Source: Selaginella moellendorffii
Lineage: Eukaryota; Plantae; Lycopodiophyta
DNA: 64,000 nt
Direction: 5' to 3'
Assembly: GCF_000143415.4 (NCBI RefSeq)
Contig: NW_003314293.1
Location: 713,763-777,762 of the forward strand
Each line of letters opens with the position of its first letter. The first letter of the stretch is position 1. Under the pieces are notes generated by a model, which was not told the DNA's origin, did no database searches, and saw only the letters and a list, made by a program, of their open reading frames with translations. Of the stretch, positions 47,861-60,520 are shown piece by piece. A program made the translations under genes and the position numbers.

Positions 47861-50800
47861 AGGGGGAGTATTACAAATTTAGCATCAAACGCAGCTATGC
47901 ACATATTAGATAACATCACATTGCATCTTTGGCCAATAGAAAGACTTGCGTAGCTTCTCAATTACACAACAATATCCTATATGCCCATCTAGAACAGAAG
48001 AATTATGGTAATTATGGAGAAATCGCGGAATAAAGACAGAAGACACCACCAGCTATAAATAATCATCAGGATCTGTCCCCACAAAATAAAGAAGGCCGTC
48101 TTCAAGGTGATATTAAGAATGTAAATGCTGGAAAGGCAAGTTATCAGCAAGTAATGCAAGATTCTCAAACCCCTCTCGAAACCTTCGAATCCATGGCTCA
48201 AGCTTTTGAGCTTTGTGAACCTCATCAAGAGAAGGTAGATTTTGCTCTGTGCCTTGTGGACACTGAACATCAAGTACAATAACCACTGATAGTATAGAAT
48301 CCTCATCTAGAAAATCTACAGATGTTGGAACAACAAGCTCATTAGAAACATGAGAAGAGAGTGGAGAAGGAAGAAGAGCTCGAGAAAGGGCATCAGCATC
48401 AGCCATAAAACTCTTTGGGCGATGAACAACATCAAAATCATATATCTGAAGCTTCAAAGCTCACTGAGTAGTATGACCAACCAGGTTTTTCTGCTTCAAT
48501 AATGAAGTAACGGCAGCATGGTCATCTTCAAGTAACATTCGAGAACCATGTAGATATGCATGAAGTTTTTCGAAACCCTAGACTGCTACTAAACACTCAT
48601 TCTCTGTTATGGAGTAATTCATTTCCGCTGGTTGTAATGTACAACTTATTTACGCAATGGGATGGCACTAACCAAGCACACTCCTTTCTTGCATCAACAC
48701 TCCTCTAAGACCAATGTCAAAAGCATTTATGTGCAAAATAAAAGGTTGAGTGTAGTTAGGATATGCTAAAATCGGAGGAGTCGTCAATAACTCTTTGAGA
48801 TCCATGAATGCCCACTCACAATCCGGAAACCAGATGAAAGATGACATTGATGACTTCAACAACACTCACAATGGTGTAGTGCGATCAGAAAGATGATCCA
48901 TAAAGCGACTGAGATACTACACATTGCTTAAAAAGTACTACACATCATTTACACATTTCGGAGTAGGGAACTTTAGAATAGCGACAAGTTTATCAAGATT
49001 AACTTGCAAACCCTCACGAGAAATACAATACCCAAGATAAGTTGTGTTCTTGGACCCAAACATGCACTTCGACCGCTTCAGCTTTAAACCAATGTCCCGT
49101 AGCCGATCCAACACTTTACGAACATCACGAACGTGCTCCTCCTATGTCCCCTTCGAGTGGATCAAGATATCATCAATGAAGTCAACAGTCACCTCTGACA
49201 TATCGCAAAAAACCTTGTCCATCATCCTCTAGAAAGTTGTTGGAGCATTGTTCAAACCAAATGGCATCACCAAGAACTCGTACAATCCAAATGATGTACG
49301 AAAAGCAGTTTTAGGAATATCTTCTTCGGCCATCAGTACTTGCTAGTACCCAAAAGCAAGATCTAGCTTGGTGAAATAACGATTTCGCCCTAGACAATCC
49401 AAGAGATCAACAGTGTGAGGAACAGGGTACACATCTGGGATCATCACTTTGTTTAATGGACGATAATTGATGCAGAAATGAATACTCCCACCAGGCTTCA
49501 TCACAAGATGAGGTTCATATGCCCAAGGATTCCGTGACTTCCGAATAACACCCTTTTCCAACATCTCTTTAATGTTTGCATGTAAAATCTTGATCTCTTT
49601 GGGTGACCGACGACGAATAAGAACCTTGATTATAAGCATCCTCGGTTGGAATCGGATGATGTGCGGCAATCTTAGCCCTAGATGATATGTCAAAGTCAAA
49701 GAGATCAGAATACCCCTTCATGAGCCAGTCAACTGCTACAACATAAAAATTGTCGAAGGGATCGGAAAAGGGAAGAGCAGAATAAGATGGAAACATAAGA
49801 GGAAATAGTGGGGGACAAAAGTAATGGAAGTAGAGGTAGAAGTAGAGAGACGAAGAGGTATAAAAGTGAGAGGAATGGATGAAACATAAAGAAGTATGAG
49901 ACAGAGGGGAGAAGCCTCAAAGTCACACTTGGCATGATTGTGCTGCAACCAATTCATACCAAAGATGAGGTCAAAAACTTAACTCGACACCACCTATAAG
50001 GACTGCAACTCAAGCTCAAGATCACCCACACGCACAACCAGATCCGCCTCATCCCGTGCATATGCATGTGTACAGCCGTTGCCATAAAGAATGAAAATTG
50101 GTTCTGCCACACGACGCAAGTGTAAATGGCAACGTGTGGCAACAGGTCGAGCAATAGAAAATAAACTTGAACCTGTATCAACCAACATAGAGAGAATAAT
50201 AGAAGACCTCTTATTATAAAAACGAGCTTGGAAAGTAGACACTAGATGAATCAGTGCCGAGTGAACCCCTTGATGATACTCTCGAAAGAAAGATGGAAGG
50301 GTCACTAACTTATTTGCACAAGGTCCCTCCGTTACTCGCATAACTTCTCATTTTCTGGATGCATCATAGTATCTAGACTTTCCACTGTAGCAGCACCAAC
50401 AAAACGTTGTTGATGCCAAAGTCTCCACCCAGGAAATGGAGGTCACCAATCTAGAAAATGCTGACAACGCGCCAATAAGTGTGCCCAACTTCATCACATG
50501 CCCAACATCGAACGTCACAGCCACGACCACGTCCTTGCCCTTATCCTTGGACTCAAGTAGCAATAGCATCAACCTCCATTGAAACAGGACTATCGCCTAC
50601 AGGAAGAGGAACAAAAGGACAAGCAGTGAGAAGTGGAAGAAGCAACGTCTCATAATGTTGCACCAAGCGAAGAGCATCTTCAAGGGTGGTTGGAGCAAGT
50701 GCACACACAAGTCCGACAAGATCTTGATGAAGTGCTGGCTACAATATTCCTTGCTTGATTTGCTCCGACATATTTGGCTCGCCGAAGCAAAAGACTTTGG

Positions 50801-51681
50801 AAACGAACACCAAATTGCATCACCTACTCAGATGGCCCTTAGCGAAGACAATGTAATTGTTAGAAGGCATCATCACAATCATCGGCATGTCCGAATGCAC
50901 ATTTGAAGACATCTAGGAGAACACTGTAATCCCCACGAGTGGCTGTGCTCAAAGCATTGTACCACTGCAACGCCGTCCCTTAGAGACACGTGGGAAACTC
51001 ACGCAAACATCGACCATCATCTCAAGAATGACATGTGGCAATCACCATGAAGTGATCGAACCAATGGTACACATCATCCCTAGGATTCCCACGAAAAAGC
51101 TCCGGCCAAACGCAAGGATTGGCACAAAGAGTAGAAGGAGTTATACCACATGTTGTGAACGCTGCTATCAATTGAATTTGGTTGTTCAATTGCAAGCTCA
51201 TAGCATCAAACAATTGTACCAACTGCTGCTCCAGAGTCAAAGGAGGAGATTGCTGATCTGCCATGAAGATGAACAAAAAGGAAAAAGCGAAAGAAGAGGA
51301 ATGACAAAAGTTAGAAGGAAATGGAGATCTAAACAATGCAAAAAGCTAGATTTAAACCAAAATTCTAAAGGGAAAGAACAAAATAAAGGAAATAGAAAAA
51401 GCTAGATCTAGATGATACAAAAGTTATATCTAAACCAAAATCCCAAATCCAAACACTCCTCAGGGATAAAGGTGCCGGGAAAAAGGTGCCCCTCATCTCC
51501 ACTAATATAAGTGCATGGAATATGAAAAAGGAATATAGAAAATATGTATATCAATTAGCCCAAAAACCCTAGCTTATATACAAAAGTGAGTGGTCCGAAT
51601 TGAAACCAATCTGATAGCTACCAAAATCCCACTATGCTAATATTAGTATACGGCATCGTAGTCGTATATTTGGCACTCACA
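47861..51681 (-). mobile_element. Degenerate Ty3/Gypsy element, same family as 16433-24667 (5' LTR ~51505-51681, gag, PR, RT, RNaseH, integrase N-terminus)
   Basis: 'MLVDTGS', RT 'PWAYEPHLVMKPGGSIHFCINYRPLNKV..YFTKLDLAFGY', 'LKELLTTPPILAYPNYTQPFILHINAFDIGLRGVLMQ', 'LQIYDFDVVHRP...ADALSR'; many stops. Confidence 0.92.
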
Positions 51682-53504
51682 ATACTATTTTAATAAATTT
51701 TAATTATTTTTATAATTTGCTATATATATATTCTAAAATATTCTAGCATCTAATGATTGTTATTCGTTTTAGTTTATAAATATGTTTAAATCTTCCTAAA
51801 CACTTTCTAGTATATTATTCTATCATTTAATATTTGGTATGCAATAAGATTAATCTTGATTTATAAATTATAAACATGTTTATAATGATCGATAAATTGG
51901 ATTATTTATTAATCTAAAAAAATAACACTAAACCAAGAATATGCTTTGGTTAATCATTCAGATTAATCTTATTATGTATCAACCACAGCTAGCATCTATT
52001 TTCTTGTTCTAAGAAGTGTTTAGGAAATCTTATTAATTATAATTTTTTAAAAATTATCAGTACAAGATTAGTCTAAATGAATAACAACAGTAGAATATCC
52101 TAGAATATCCAATCATATTCTACACAGGTTTGCTTAAGTAAACCTAAAGTTTTAAACATTAATATTTTACAATTAAGGATGGTTAATCTGTATAGTTTAT
52201 TATATTTGAAGGTTATAAATAAAACTTGGTAAACTAGCATTTTACTTTAAAATCTATATTTGTTTATCTTGTGAAAACTATTTGAAGTTTTGTCATCATC
52301 TCAACTTACTTTATTAGGCTTCTTGGCATTATGCTTCCCTTCCACTTCAACAGTATATTTAACTATAAAAATTAGAAACATTTTGGTTTCACACAAAAAA
52401 TATTATAAGAAAAAATATTGACCTACCTTTTGAAGATATTTGGTTGTTCTTTCAACCATATAATTTTATTCACAAAGTTGGGAGAAGATAATTTTCCTTA
52501 ATTTGATAAATTAAACTTGCATTTTAAATTTTTCAAAACCATTTCTTACTAGGGCTAGGGTTTAAGGTAGGACAAACTTGCAATTACATATGCAATCTAT
52601 AATATTAAGAAATAATAGAAATCTATAGAAATGGTAGGGATTTTAAAGTTGGATTCCCTTCTTAGATTTGGTCTCAAGTGTTTTTAAAGGTTACTCAACC
52701 CAATAATACTCAAGCCAAACTCAAATTCTATCTCAATTGTTTTTGAAGTCACTTAACCCAATAGTATGCAAACTTAATGATATTTAACCCCTTAACCAAT
52801 TAGAAAAAAAGGGTACATTCTTATTTATATTTTTCTTTATATTTGAACCCTTTTAAGTTGTTTTCTTTAATTGCTTACATTTGGTCTCGAATTCAATCTT
52901 TGTCTATATTTTTGACTTGGTTTTGAATTTGGTCTCAAATATATCAAGTCCTAGATACATTTAACCCCAAATATATCTAGTCAAACTTTTTATTATTTGG
53001 ATCTTAATTTTAGGATCCTCTAGCCAATGATATCGTAGAGAGTTTATTTCTTATAATCATCTTGTATGTACATAACTTTATTTAGTGCTAAGCTTATAAC
53101 ACTTAATTCTGTGTGTTTGTAATTTCTTATCTATTTGAGCTTGTGGCATTTAATATAAGAGGCATTTTCCATGATTAACTGTCAATAATGAATATGTCAT
53201 TATTGTTTTTGGTCTCCTGACTTGTTAAGTGGAAGTTATTAATGCATCTATAATTGCTATTGGATATTCCCTCTTTAATTGAATGATATTTTAGCATTCT
53301 TGTTAAGAGTGGAGACTCTTAGATAATGGTTTTGCATTTATAGTTAAAGTATTTTACATCTTGATATCTTAATCAGTGATATACTACATTTTTGTGAGTG
53401 CTTAATATCCATAAATGGATGGTTTGGTAGAATTGCTCATGTAAACTTTCAAAGGGATAACCAATGTGCTCTTTGAAGTTGCTCTAGATAAGATACAAAC
53501 TAAC

Positions 53505-54263
53505 AAATGCCACTCTCACCAATCTCAACCACGACATAACAGTATGTATCTCCTGAATCCATCTCATCTCCGAAAGATCTCCATCTAATTATGGCTCGGG
53601 CCCCTTGTTTTTCTTTTCTCTGTTTGCGCAATAGCTCGAGTTTGGCAATACTTCATTGGGATCACTCATCATTGATGGCACCTTGTACAGTGTGAGCAAG
53701 TATCACATCCATGCTCCCAGTGAGCACACTGTGAATGGGAAGCATCTTGCAGTCAAGGGGCATCTCGTCCACAGGAGTGAAGACAACAGGCTTGCAGTCG
53801 TCGCTGTCATGTACACAATTGGATCGATCAGGTAAACAGAGATCTGGGTTTTCTTTGTGATTTCTGAGAATTGTTTCACTGTCTTTTTGGTAAGGTTGAG
53901 CATTTTCTACCTGAGCTGAGTGGCTAGCAAGATGTTTAAGTGGTGGATCCCTCGCTGCTCAATGTTGGAGGGAAGTGATTCTTCAGATATGTTGGATCAC
54001 TGACATCACTGCCCTGCACCGAGCAAGTGACATGGAGCGTGTTGAGAAGAGTAAACAAAATTATTTCCTTAATCTTTTGTTTCTTTTCCGCTGACCATGG
54101 TTCTGATGTTGCAGTCACGAACGATCTCGAAAACCCCATACTGGCTTTTGATGAATGCCCTCAATATAAGAATTAATTCACGCGCTAATAAAGCTTCTAA
54201 CATTCTGTACAGGGTGATAACAACAGATCGATACAAGGCTTGTTTGGAAAATATTATAAATAG
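53505..54263 (+). pseudogene. Carbonic anhydrase pseudogene (copy 3, 5'-truncated)
   Basis: Colinear with 42260-43039; internal deletion near 53825, in-frame TAG/TGA stops and altered splice sites. Confidence 0.9.
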
Positions 54264-55059
54264 AAGATTCGTTTTGCCCGGGAGCCCTAAAATTTGCCGT
54301 ATTAGGGCACGCGGTTTTTTAACCTACTATGTGGAAGTCTATATTTCTCTTGCTTGTAGTAGATGCAGACCAGCTCAAAATACATCCAGATTACCATCTC
54401 AAAGTGTTCCAGATTCCAGAACCCGAGAATATTACGCTCTATGTGGAATTGCTCGATATGCTTCCTGGCCCAGTGCGTCCTGTCTACTTGGATCCCGTCC
54501 ATTCCTTTTATGCTTTGATGATGGAAAGACAAGCAAGCATCTTGAGGAGTAAGTCTTAAAGTTGTTTTTTTTTTGTTTCTTTTTAATACCTTATCGTTTT
54601 TTCAAGCGAGGGCAAACGTTTCTGTGATTCTTAGAAGTGAATATGCTGTGCTGCTCTAAATTTTGCAAGATTAACTAGGATTCAACCTATCAATATGAAA
54701 TCTATGTTTGTTTTTGCTTGAAGCAAACTACAAATCTTTTGAGGACGCCTTATGTCCCAGCCAAGGGCTTTTGGAGAACGTCGTCATTTATTTGATTATC
54801 TCATAGGTTAACAATAAATTTATGTCCCTATAATTCTCTTTCTCTTCTTTTTGAAGCCAGAGGAAACGTTTCAGTAATTCTTGTAGCTGTGTTGAAACAT
54901 GTAAAATTGATCAAGCCGTCAATTGATTATTCATTGAACTGTACAATGGAAGTTACCACCACCCAGAATGATCGACTTCCAAGTTTCATGGGGTTAGGTG
55001 CGGAGGAGGAGGGGAGCTTGGCTCGGAAGGACAGCTACTGCTGCTACTGCTGCTGTTGT

Positions 55060-55320
55060 GTGGCGACACTTTCTTCCCGAGGGGCGCCGGATCTCATAAC
55101 GCCATGTACTGGATCTCCGACGGGGTCTCGGGGTTGAATCGCGCCTCGTGTGGGAGTTCCTTGAACGGGACCTCCACGGTGCCGATGGACTTGTCGTGGA
55201 TGTGGCCGCGGGGAAGATCGATGGTGAATTTGCCCGCAGCGCTGATGACAAGCTTCTGGTTCCAGACGGGGTTCTTGGCCCCCTCTTGGTCGACGTGGGT
55301 GTAGACCTTTTTGGAGGGAT
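55060..55320 (-). pseudogene. Frameshifted SRC2/BAP-like C2-domain fragment
   Basis: Joining frames gives YTHVDQEG.KNPVWNQKLVI...FTID...GHIHDKSIGTVEVPFKEL...QYMA.EIRRPSGRK, resembling the plant SRC2-type C2 domain. Confidence 0.65.
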
Positions 55321-58300
55321 GGACACGAATATGTCAGAGTTTAATCCGCTCATCACAGCTCCAGCGTGGTGCAGGGTGAGAGCTTGACAAGCCTTCCTCA
55401 AGCGCTTTGATCGCTGCCAGATAAGTCACTCAATTCGGAGCAAGGCCCTCGACGTCCTTGGGAGAGACCACTTCACAGTCTCCATTCTCCACATAATGGT
55501 GGAATTGTTTGCTTAAGTTGCACTTACAGGTGTAGTGCATTCCGTGGCACCATTCTGTTTTGGATCTCCGCCTACATTCATCTGGCAACTAGCTAGATAG
55601 CGCCCGGAGGCTTCAAATCTCCAGGTCAGAGAAACATCCAGGGAAATAGGCCGGCTGCATTTAATGTAGTTTGCGATTTGCGATCAAGAACAAAAAGGAG
55701 TGATCTCGATTCACAGATGAAAACATTACAACGAGTGGCGAGTTGACAGAGAAAGAAAGTCTCTTTCTTTTCCAGATGAGCTATGGCTACCACCACGTAA
55801 ATGATGGGAAGCTCTACTTCGCAGCGAGAACATGACTTTCACATACTCCAGTATAAACTATCTTCGTAAGTTACTGAATCCTCAGAAGTTCTTCTGGTAC
55901 ATGCGGGGCTTTGCTGGGATTCCTTTGTCTTGAATGCATGACGTTGAGCTTCTGAGGGATCCAGCAGGTTCGTACCAAATTTGACCGGCCTTATTATGGA
56001 GGATGAAACGTCTGGAAAGGGGAGTCATCTTTGATGATTAAATCTGAGATGTCTTCGTCCCCGGCCGATCACAAAGTAGGATTAAACTTTTTAGTTTGTC
56101 CGGGCAACGTATACGTCCGGTACAGGGAGAGGCGATGGACTGGGGCCTTCGAGCTCAAGAGCTTCGCTGGACTACTCTCGACGGGGAAGATCAAAATTCA
56201 ATACGTCAACAATTACCAGGCCAGATCTGGAGGTGTTATGCACATCCTGGGTATAATGTTTGCATCCCCTTCGTTGTCAAAACTTCATAAATAAAAATTC
56301 TACTACAGAAGCGACCCAAATAGCCTCTGGTCGGTGACAGTAATGTCATGGAGAGAGAAAGTGATGGATGTAGTTACTATCCTCTGCCCTTCCTCTAGGT
56401 CGAAAGACATATAGCGTAATGCGTCCACGTTAAGCTCAGGAGGAATGTCATGTTTTAAGAAGTGATATAACAGGTAATCCTTGGGTAAAGGTGCCTCTTA
56501 GTCAAGTTTCAAGTGGCTTTCAAAAAGTAGGGTCTTTGATTTATTAAAAAGGAAAGATATTGATTCATCTGTGACTGTGTTAGAGATTTCCATTCGAGGG
56601 AGCATAATGTTCTGCGCCTAGCTTTTGCTCACGGAATTCAGGGAGGTAAGCTTTTGTTGGAGACATAAGTTCAAGCTTCTAAGATTTTTAGTATTCTTCC
56701 AGTTTCATCTTAAGTTCATCTAGCACCAACTTGTTATTTCTTGCCAAGCCACTCTATATGACTTCGTCTCCAACAAGTTCACCAAGTTCACCAAGTACTA
56801 AGTACAAGTAGTATGGAGCTCACCAAGTTCCATATCTTATTTTCGCAGGTACTTAGCTTTCGATTGATTCTCTTTGCGTTTTTCTCGAAGTGCCTCGTAT
56901 ACTTCTCCTCTTGATAAATTCTTGGTGTGGTTCTTTATCTTAGTAAATTTACATATTGTCTTCATCCACTCATTGCAGGCTTGATACAAGTTCTTTCATG
57001 CAATTGGCAAATGCATTTTACCCCAGAGCTGCCAACTCGAGCACTCTACCTCACTCTCAGCAATCTTAGCTTCGGGATTAGTGTGGCAAGTCGAGTGGGA
57101 GCTCCACCAGGGAGCTGAAAATGCTCATTTTGTGTCTGGGAGCTAACGATAGGGCAGCATCTCGAGCCTCCAGTCTGCTGGCCAAAACCATAACCATTTT
57201 CTCGTTCCTCAGAAAAAAAATCGGGGGTTGCATTGTAGGGGATCGCTGCCAAGGTTGAGAATGACAAGGATCAGCCAGGAAATGCAAAAGCATGACATAA
57301 TAGGCTGTCACACAGATGACAAAGCCCACTCTGTCCAAGTTTGAATGGAGTTTGATAGTATACTACGAGCCACTAATTAGTAGCTCCCATTATACTATCA
57401 AACTCCTCATCATTCTACCTCAGCCTCTCCAAGGCTGGCTCACCTTGGGCTTCTTTTAACTAATGCAACCTCTTCAATTTATGAAGTTGGCCACAAGCAT
57501 CTAAATCGTTCTAATTTGTTAAATGCTTCTTGATATTTTCATTTTGCATGGTTTTTTTTTCCAAAATATTTTAAATTCCCAAAGCAAACCAAGAATTTTT
57601 ATAGCACAGTAAATTATTTAATGGTCCAGAAATTCGTTTAAAGGTGTTTTAGTAGTTATGGTGTTATTGATTTTCTTTGAGATCTGGCCAAAAAATTTGC
57701 TTTAAAAAGTGTGAGTGCTGTATTGGGATTAGATCCCTCCTTGTGTGTGTTTGAGGTGCATTGCTGGGTTTTGCAGTTAAGACATCATAACTTATTTGAC
57801 GCTAAATAATTCATTAAGCTATGTACTTTTTGAAATTATTATCCACCAGAAATTAGCCTTAAGATAGCTTTTTTACTATTGAAAAACACATTAACTTCGA
57901 AATGGACCAAGGACAAACCGCTGAGCTCTAGTAATTTTCGTTGGTGTAAAACCAACAGCTGCGATATGTTACCTTTGGACGGCTCGAGACGCGTTCAAGT
58001 AGACGGTTGCGATAAGCCATGCAACCAACGGCTGCGATAATTGCACCCCTCTATTCCTTTTGTCGCTTCCAAGTTAGGTCACCCTAATGCCCAGAGGGAT
58101 TGATTGGAGGGAGCGGTGCGGAGCGAGCGAAGATCTTGTCGCCGCCTGTTGGGAATGATCCATGCCCGGGTAGGCGCCGCTGGCCAGTGTGATGAGATCG
58201 TATGGACGAGGCAAAGGAATCGCAGCGGTCACTGAGCCGCTGGATTGATGACGGGACTTGTCCATGGAAATTGTGGGGTTTAGGTGCAATGGCTGGAGCG

Positions 58301-58480
58301 ATGCCCCGATCTGTCAAAATTCTCGGCGATTGCTGTGCTGCTGCGGCTCATTCCTTAGACAATCCGATTATGGAGCCCATTTTTCCTCAGATTTTACGGC
58401 GGTGTATACCACGGAGTGACTTGATGCTAGCTCTTTTGGGGTGAAAGGAAGAAGAACGCAATGCAGAGGTATATCACAAA

Positions 58481-60437
58481 ACTTTCTCACTCTCAGAGTT
58501 TTTTTCTTCCTTTTTTCTCCTTTAAAAGGTACCAAGTCATCAAACAAGTTGGAGATGGAACGTATGGCAGTGTGTGGAAGGCAATTGATCGATGTACGAA
58601 TGAATTTGTAAGTCGAGCGCTTTTTTCTGGTCCAGTTTTACTTAATCTTGTACGTTTTGCGTTTCAGGTTGCAATCAAGAAAATGAAAACCAAGTTTCAC
58701 GGATGGGAAGAATGCATGAATTTGCGTGAAGTGAAGGTCAGTTTCCTTGCTTTTTGTTTTGCATCGTGAATCTTATGCGGAAGTTTTGGCTTCAGTGTCT
58801 TCAACGCTTAGATCATCCCAATATTGTCCAGCTAAAGGAGGTGATCTGGGAACATGGAGAGCTGTTTCTTGTCTTCGAGTATATGGTAAAACAAACCTAT
58901 TGATGGTTTCGTGACACGAACTTGTTTTTCCAATTTGTTTTTCCTTTTTTTTTTTTCCAATTTGTAGGAATGCAACTTGTATCAAGTCATGAAGGACCGA
59001 TCCAAGATGCTGTCGGAAGAGCGAATTAGGATCTGGAGTTTCCAGGTGCTTCGAGCATTGGACTACATGCACCAACATGGAATATTTCACAGAGATCTCA
59101 AACCAGGTTTGGTATTTTCATCTTTAGGCTCTCATGAGTTTGTAATGTATTCCGTTCCAACAGAAAACCTTTTAGTTTCCGATGAGGCTATCAAAGTGGC
59201 TGATTTTGGACTCGCTCGAGAAGTATACTCAGTGGCACCATATACTGATTACGTTGCTACGAGATGGTAGTCCGTTTTTTTATAAGTCACTTCTAGATTA
59301 ACGTTATCTTTTCAGGTATCGGGCGCCAGAGGTGCTTCTTCAGGCACCTTCTTACAGTTACGCAATTGGTATGTCCGCTATAAAGCTTGAGTTCCGTTAT
59401 TCACCGTTATTGTTTGGCAGACATATGGGCAATGGGAGCCATTATGGCCGAGCTTTTCAATTTGCAACCTTTGTTCCCAGGAGCCAGGTGTGTAACTTGT
59501 GAAGCTTAGTCTGAGATTCTTAAAGTCCTGCTTTTGCAGTGAAGCAGACGAGATTTACAAAATATGTTCTGTTCTTGGCTCTCCGAACTATCACACTTGG
59601 CCGGATGGGATGCAACTCGCTGTTCGTAAAGGCTTTCGATTTCCTCAGGTGATGTTCAGCTCTTTCACGATTAGTTTTTGACGATTCCTTCGGCAGTTTG
59701 CGCCGGCGGGGCTGCAAAGTTTAATACCTTCGGCTAGCCCAGCTGCGGTGGACATGATATCTGTAAGTTTGTTTGAAGATAGATCCACCAGAGCTAATGT
59801 AAATTGCTTTCCTTGCAGGCTATGCTGTGCTGGGATCCAAACAGGCGACCGACGGCGTATCAACTGCGACAGCATCCTTTCTTTTACCAGTTTGGCTTAT
59901 GCATTCCTCCTCCGATTGAAAGGCCATACGTCATCACCATCGACCCAGACGAGCAAGGTAAAATTTTTTGAAACCAAACTCAAAACTCACGACGAGCTCT
60001 GGCAGCTGATTATAACTACTACCGCCGAGGGCAGATTCACAATACAGGCTACAGCCAACCACTGCAAGAGCTAAGCTTATTCCCTTCTGGCAAGCTGAGA
60101 AACCAGCAGCATTCGAGTCTGGCTTCCAAAGGTAAGTTTGCGCTTTTGGTTTTTTGGCTTGGAACTTAGCTAAAGTGACAACTTTGCAGCTTTCTCGTAT
60201 GGTTTTCCTGATGTCATACCTTGCATCAAGCGGCCTGTGGCTGGACTTGGCATCAGCAGCAAGTAAGCAGAACTATGGATAAAATATCAAAAGGATGCTT
60301 GACGTGTTTGCTTCAGGCATGTTTGCTCGGGTGAGGATCTAAGCTTGAGCACGGCAAGTGGTGGAGGTAGGAATCCAATGCTACAATTTGGGGAGAATGA
60401 CTACTTGGCTCTTCAAGTATACCAGGGATACCCGTGA
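58481..60437 (+). CDS. MAK/MHK-like (RCK family) Ser/Thr kinase, many short exons; 3' end approximate
   Basis: [53 protein letters not shown], '[31 protein letters not shown]' with TDY activation motif. Confidence 0.92.
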
Positions 60438-60520
60438 TGATCTTCTCAGCTTCTAGCAAAGGTTTCAGAGATATTAATGTTATTCCTAACAGATGACACA
60501 GAAAGAAGACTATAGTATCT

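Noticed and set aside
51690-53500. AT-rich block as a DNA transposon
   Set aside because: No TIRs, TSD or transposase remnants could be identified by eye.
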